Shown: piece by piece, positions 62,401-64,000 of the stretch | How the letters are laid out: each line of letters starts with the position of its first letter | How positions within the stretch are numbered: the stretch's first letter is position 1 | Origin: Macrostomum hystrix | Taxonomy: Eukaryota > Animalia > Platyhelminthes | NCBI GenBank assembly: GCA_950097015.1 | Contig: CATNEN010000031.1 | Span: forward strand, 1,240,001 to 1,304,000 | DNA length: 64,000 bases | Reading direction: 5' to 3' | Notes under the pieces: generated by a model | Seen by the model: only the letters and a program-made list of their open reading frames with translations | What the model was told of the DNA's origin: nothing | Databases searched by the model: none | Made by a program: the position numbers and the translations under genes

Positions 62401-63026
62401 GCAATGGATCCTCCACAATTGTCCCACATCTGCAATGGATCCTCCACAATAGCCCCACATCTGCAATGGATCCTCCACAATTGTCCCACATCTGCAATGG
62501 ATCCTCCACAATTGTCCCACATCTGCAATGGATACTCCACAATAGTCCCACATCTGCAACGGATCCTCCACAATTGTCCCACATCTGCAATGGATCCTCC
62601 ACAATAGTCCCACATCTGCAATGGATCCTCCACAATTGTCCCACATCTGCAATGGATCCTCCACAATTGTCCCACATCTGCAATGGATACTCCACAATTG
62701 TCCCACATCTGCAATGGATCCTCCACAATTGTCCCACATCTGCAATGGATACTCCACAATTGTCCCACATCTGCAATGGATCCTCCACAATTGTCCCACA
62801 TCTGCAATGGATACTCCACAATTGTCCCACATCTGCAATGGATCCTCCACAATTGTCCCACATCTGCAATGGATCCTCCACAATAGTCCCACATCTGCAA
62901 TGTATCCTCCACAATAGACCCACATCTGCAACGGATTCTCCACAATAGTCCCACATCTGCAATGTATCCTCCACAATAGACCCACATCTGCAACGGATTC
63001 TCCACAATAGTCCCACATCTGCAATG
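56495..63026. repeat. 6.5-kb 31-bp satellite (ATCTGCAATGGATCCTCCACAATAGTCCCAC), ~210 units
   Basis: Period 31; source of all MWDYCGGSIADV ORFs. Confidence 0.97.
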
Positions 63027-63549
63027 GGTCACCTGAGACGTAGCCGGGTCTTTTAATTGGGACATAATAAATCTATTTTTCCTTTACTCACAATATCTTC
63101 CCAAAGCCCAATGCTGAAACGCGGCTATGCTGAAAAAAAGATCAATCTTCAAAACTGCTGAGTTAGTAAAAAAGCGTTTTAAATTGATCGGTTCCAACCC
63201 AAAAAAGTTTTTGACATTGTCGAGATTCGATAAATCAGAAATCGGCAAACTTTTATTTCAACATTTGTAAGGTAAACTTTAAACTTGTTGAATTTTGCAT
63301 AAAAAATTCCAATTTAAATAAAAACTTACAAAAATGTTGCGACTGAGATCTGCTGAGCTGGCAGTTTGATCAGGTGGCACATGGAAACAAAACTGGACAG
63401 CGAATGTTGGGCAGTTGGTGTGTCTCGGAGCAGTTGGTCAAACAGGCCAGGTGCATAAAAGCGGACAGTCGGAGGAGCCAACCACCAAGTGAACTCACAG
63501 CTCTCAGTCTGCTACAGAAAGAACAGCGAGAAAGCGAACCTGCCAGAAG

Positions 63550-64000
63550 ATGAAGCTGCTGCTGCTGATCTCCGCCCTGTTGGCCACCGCGCTGGCCTGC
63601 GAGAACCCGCCCCGTGAGGGCGCCATCGGAGTGGCCGGTCTGGGCTACCACAACGGCACCTACCTCAAACTGCTGGGAGGCATTGCCGGATCCAAGGAGA
63701 AGAAGAAGGTGGCCGCCTACTTCAAGGTCCAGTCCAAGAACTACTCCGGACACCACTACACCCTGTTCGACTTTGAGCAGGGAGTCGGCTACTACGCCTG
63801 GGGCACCAGCGCCGCCAACGCCCAGTGCGTGAAGATCCCCGTGAGCCACGCCAAGCACTTCCTCACCCTGTGCCCGAAGCTGTGGCCGAACCACCGCGTG
63901 GTGGCTCGCTCCACCGTCACCCACCGCAAGGTGCCCATCAGCGTGCACTGCGGACGCAAGACCAAGGGCGACCTGTCCATCAAGCTGGGCGGCGTCATCG
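63550..64000 (+). CDS. EPDR: Ependymin-related protein copy B (runs off the window)
   Basis: ATG at 63550; matches copy A to the window end with one visible difference, a synonymous AAG/AAA. Confidence 0.85.
   Translation, partial: MKLLLLISALLATALACENPPREGAIGVAGLGYHNGTYLKLLGGIAGSKEKKKVAAYFKVQSKNYSGHHYTLFDFEQGVGYYAWGTSAANAQCVKIPVSHAKHFLTLCPKLWPNHRVVARSTVTHRKVPISVHCGRKTKGDLSIKLGGVI

Noticed and set aside
49815-63065. Cys/Trp-rich ORFs up to 1352 aa
   Set aside because: Translations of 15/17-bp and 31-bp satellites; the same peptide cycles through all three frames.

Overview
Eukaryotic (animal) genomic DNA with GT-AG introns; no prokaryotic features. The minisatellite-filled introns and Ala/Gln/Gly-rich exons suggest a free-living flatworm such as Macrostomum (low-confidence inference). 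Three multi-exon genes were rebuilt by hand with consistent splice phases: an ASAP-family Arf-GAP (+, 5' partial, 11 exons, 73-14090), TAF12 (+, 15798-16849, start unresolved) and a type IV diacylglycerol kinase (DGKzeta/iota/rdgA-like; -, 21 exons, 43531-18699, ~1301 aa, ending ETAV). Three antisense genes are nested in their introns: a spliced ~750-aa gene of unknown family (7463-4554), an intronless basic ependymin-related secreted protein (10161-9493) and an intronless FABP (40362-40769). A near-identical inverted copy of the ependymin-related gene starts at 63550. Most of the rest is about 30 distinct tandem arrays (15-43 bp units), a tRNA-derived CORE-like SINE family and small TIR elements. 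Best leads: the duplicated ependymin-like gene, the unknown nested gene, a candidate distal DGK first exon (55191-55115), and intronic arrays that may affect splicing (one derived from a 5' splice site; inverted copies flanking an in-frame exon pair). All long repetitive ORFs in the track are array artefacts.
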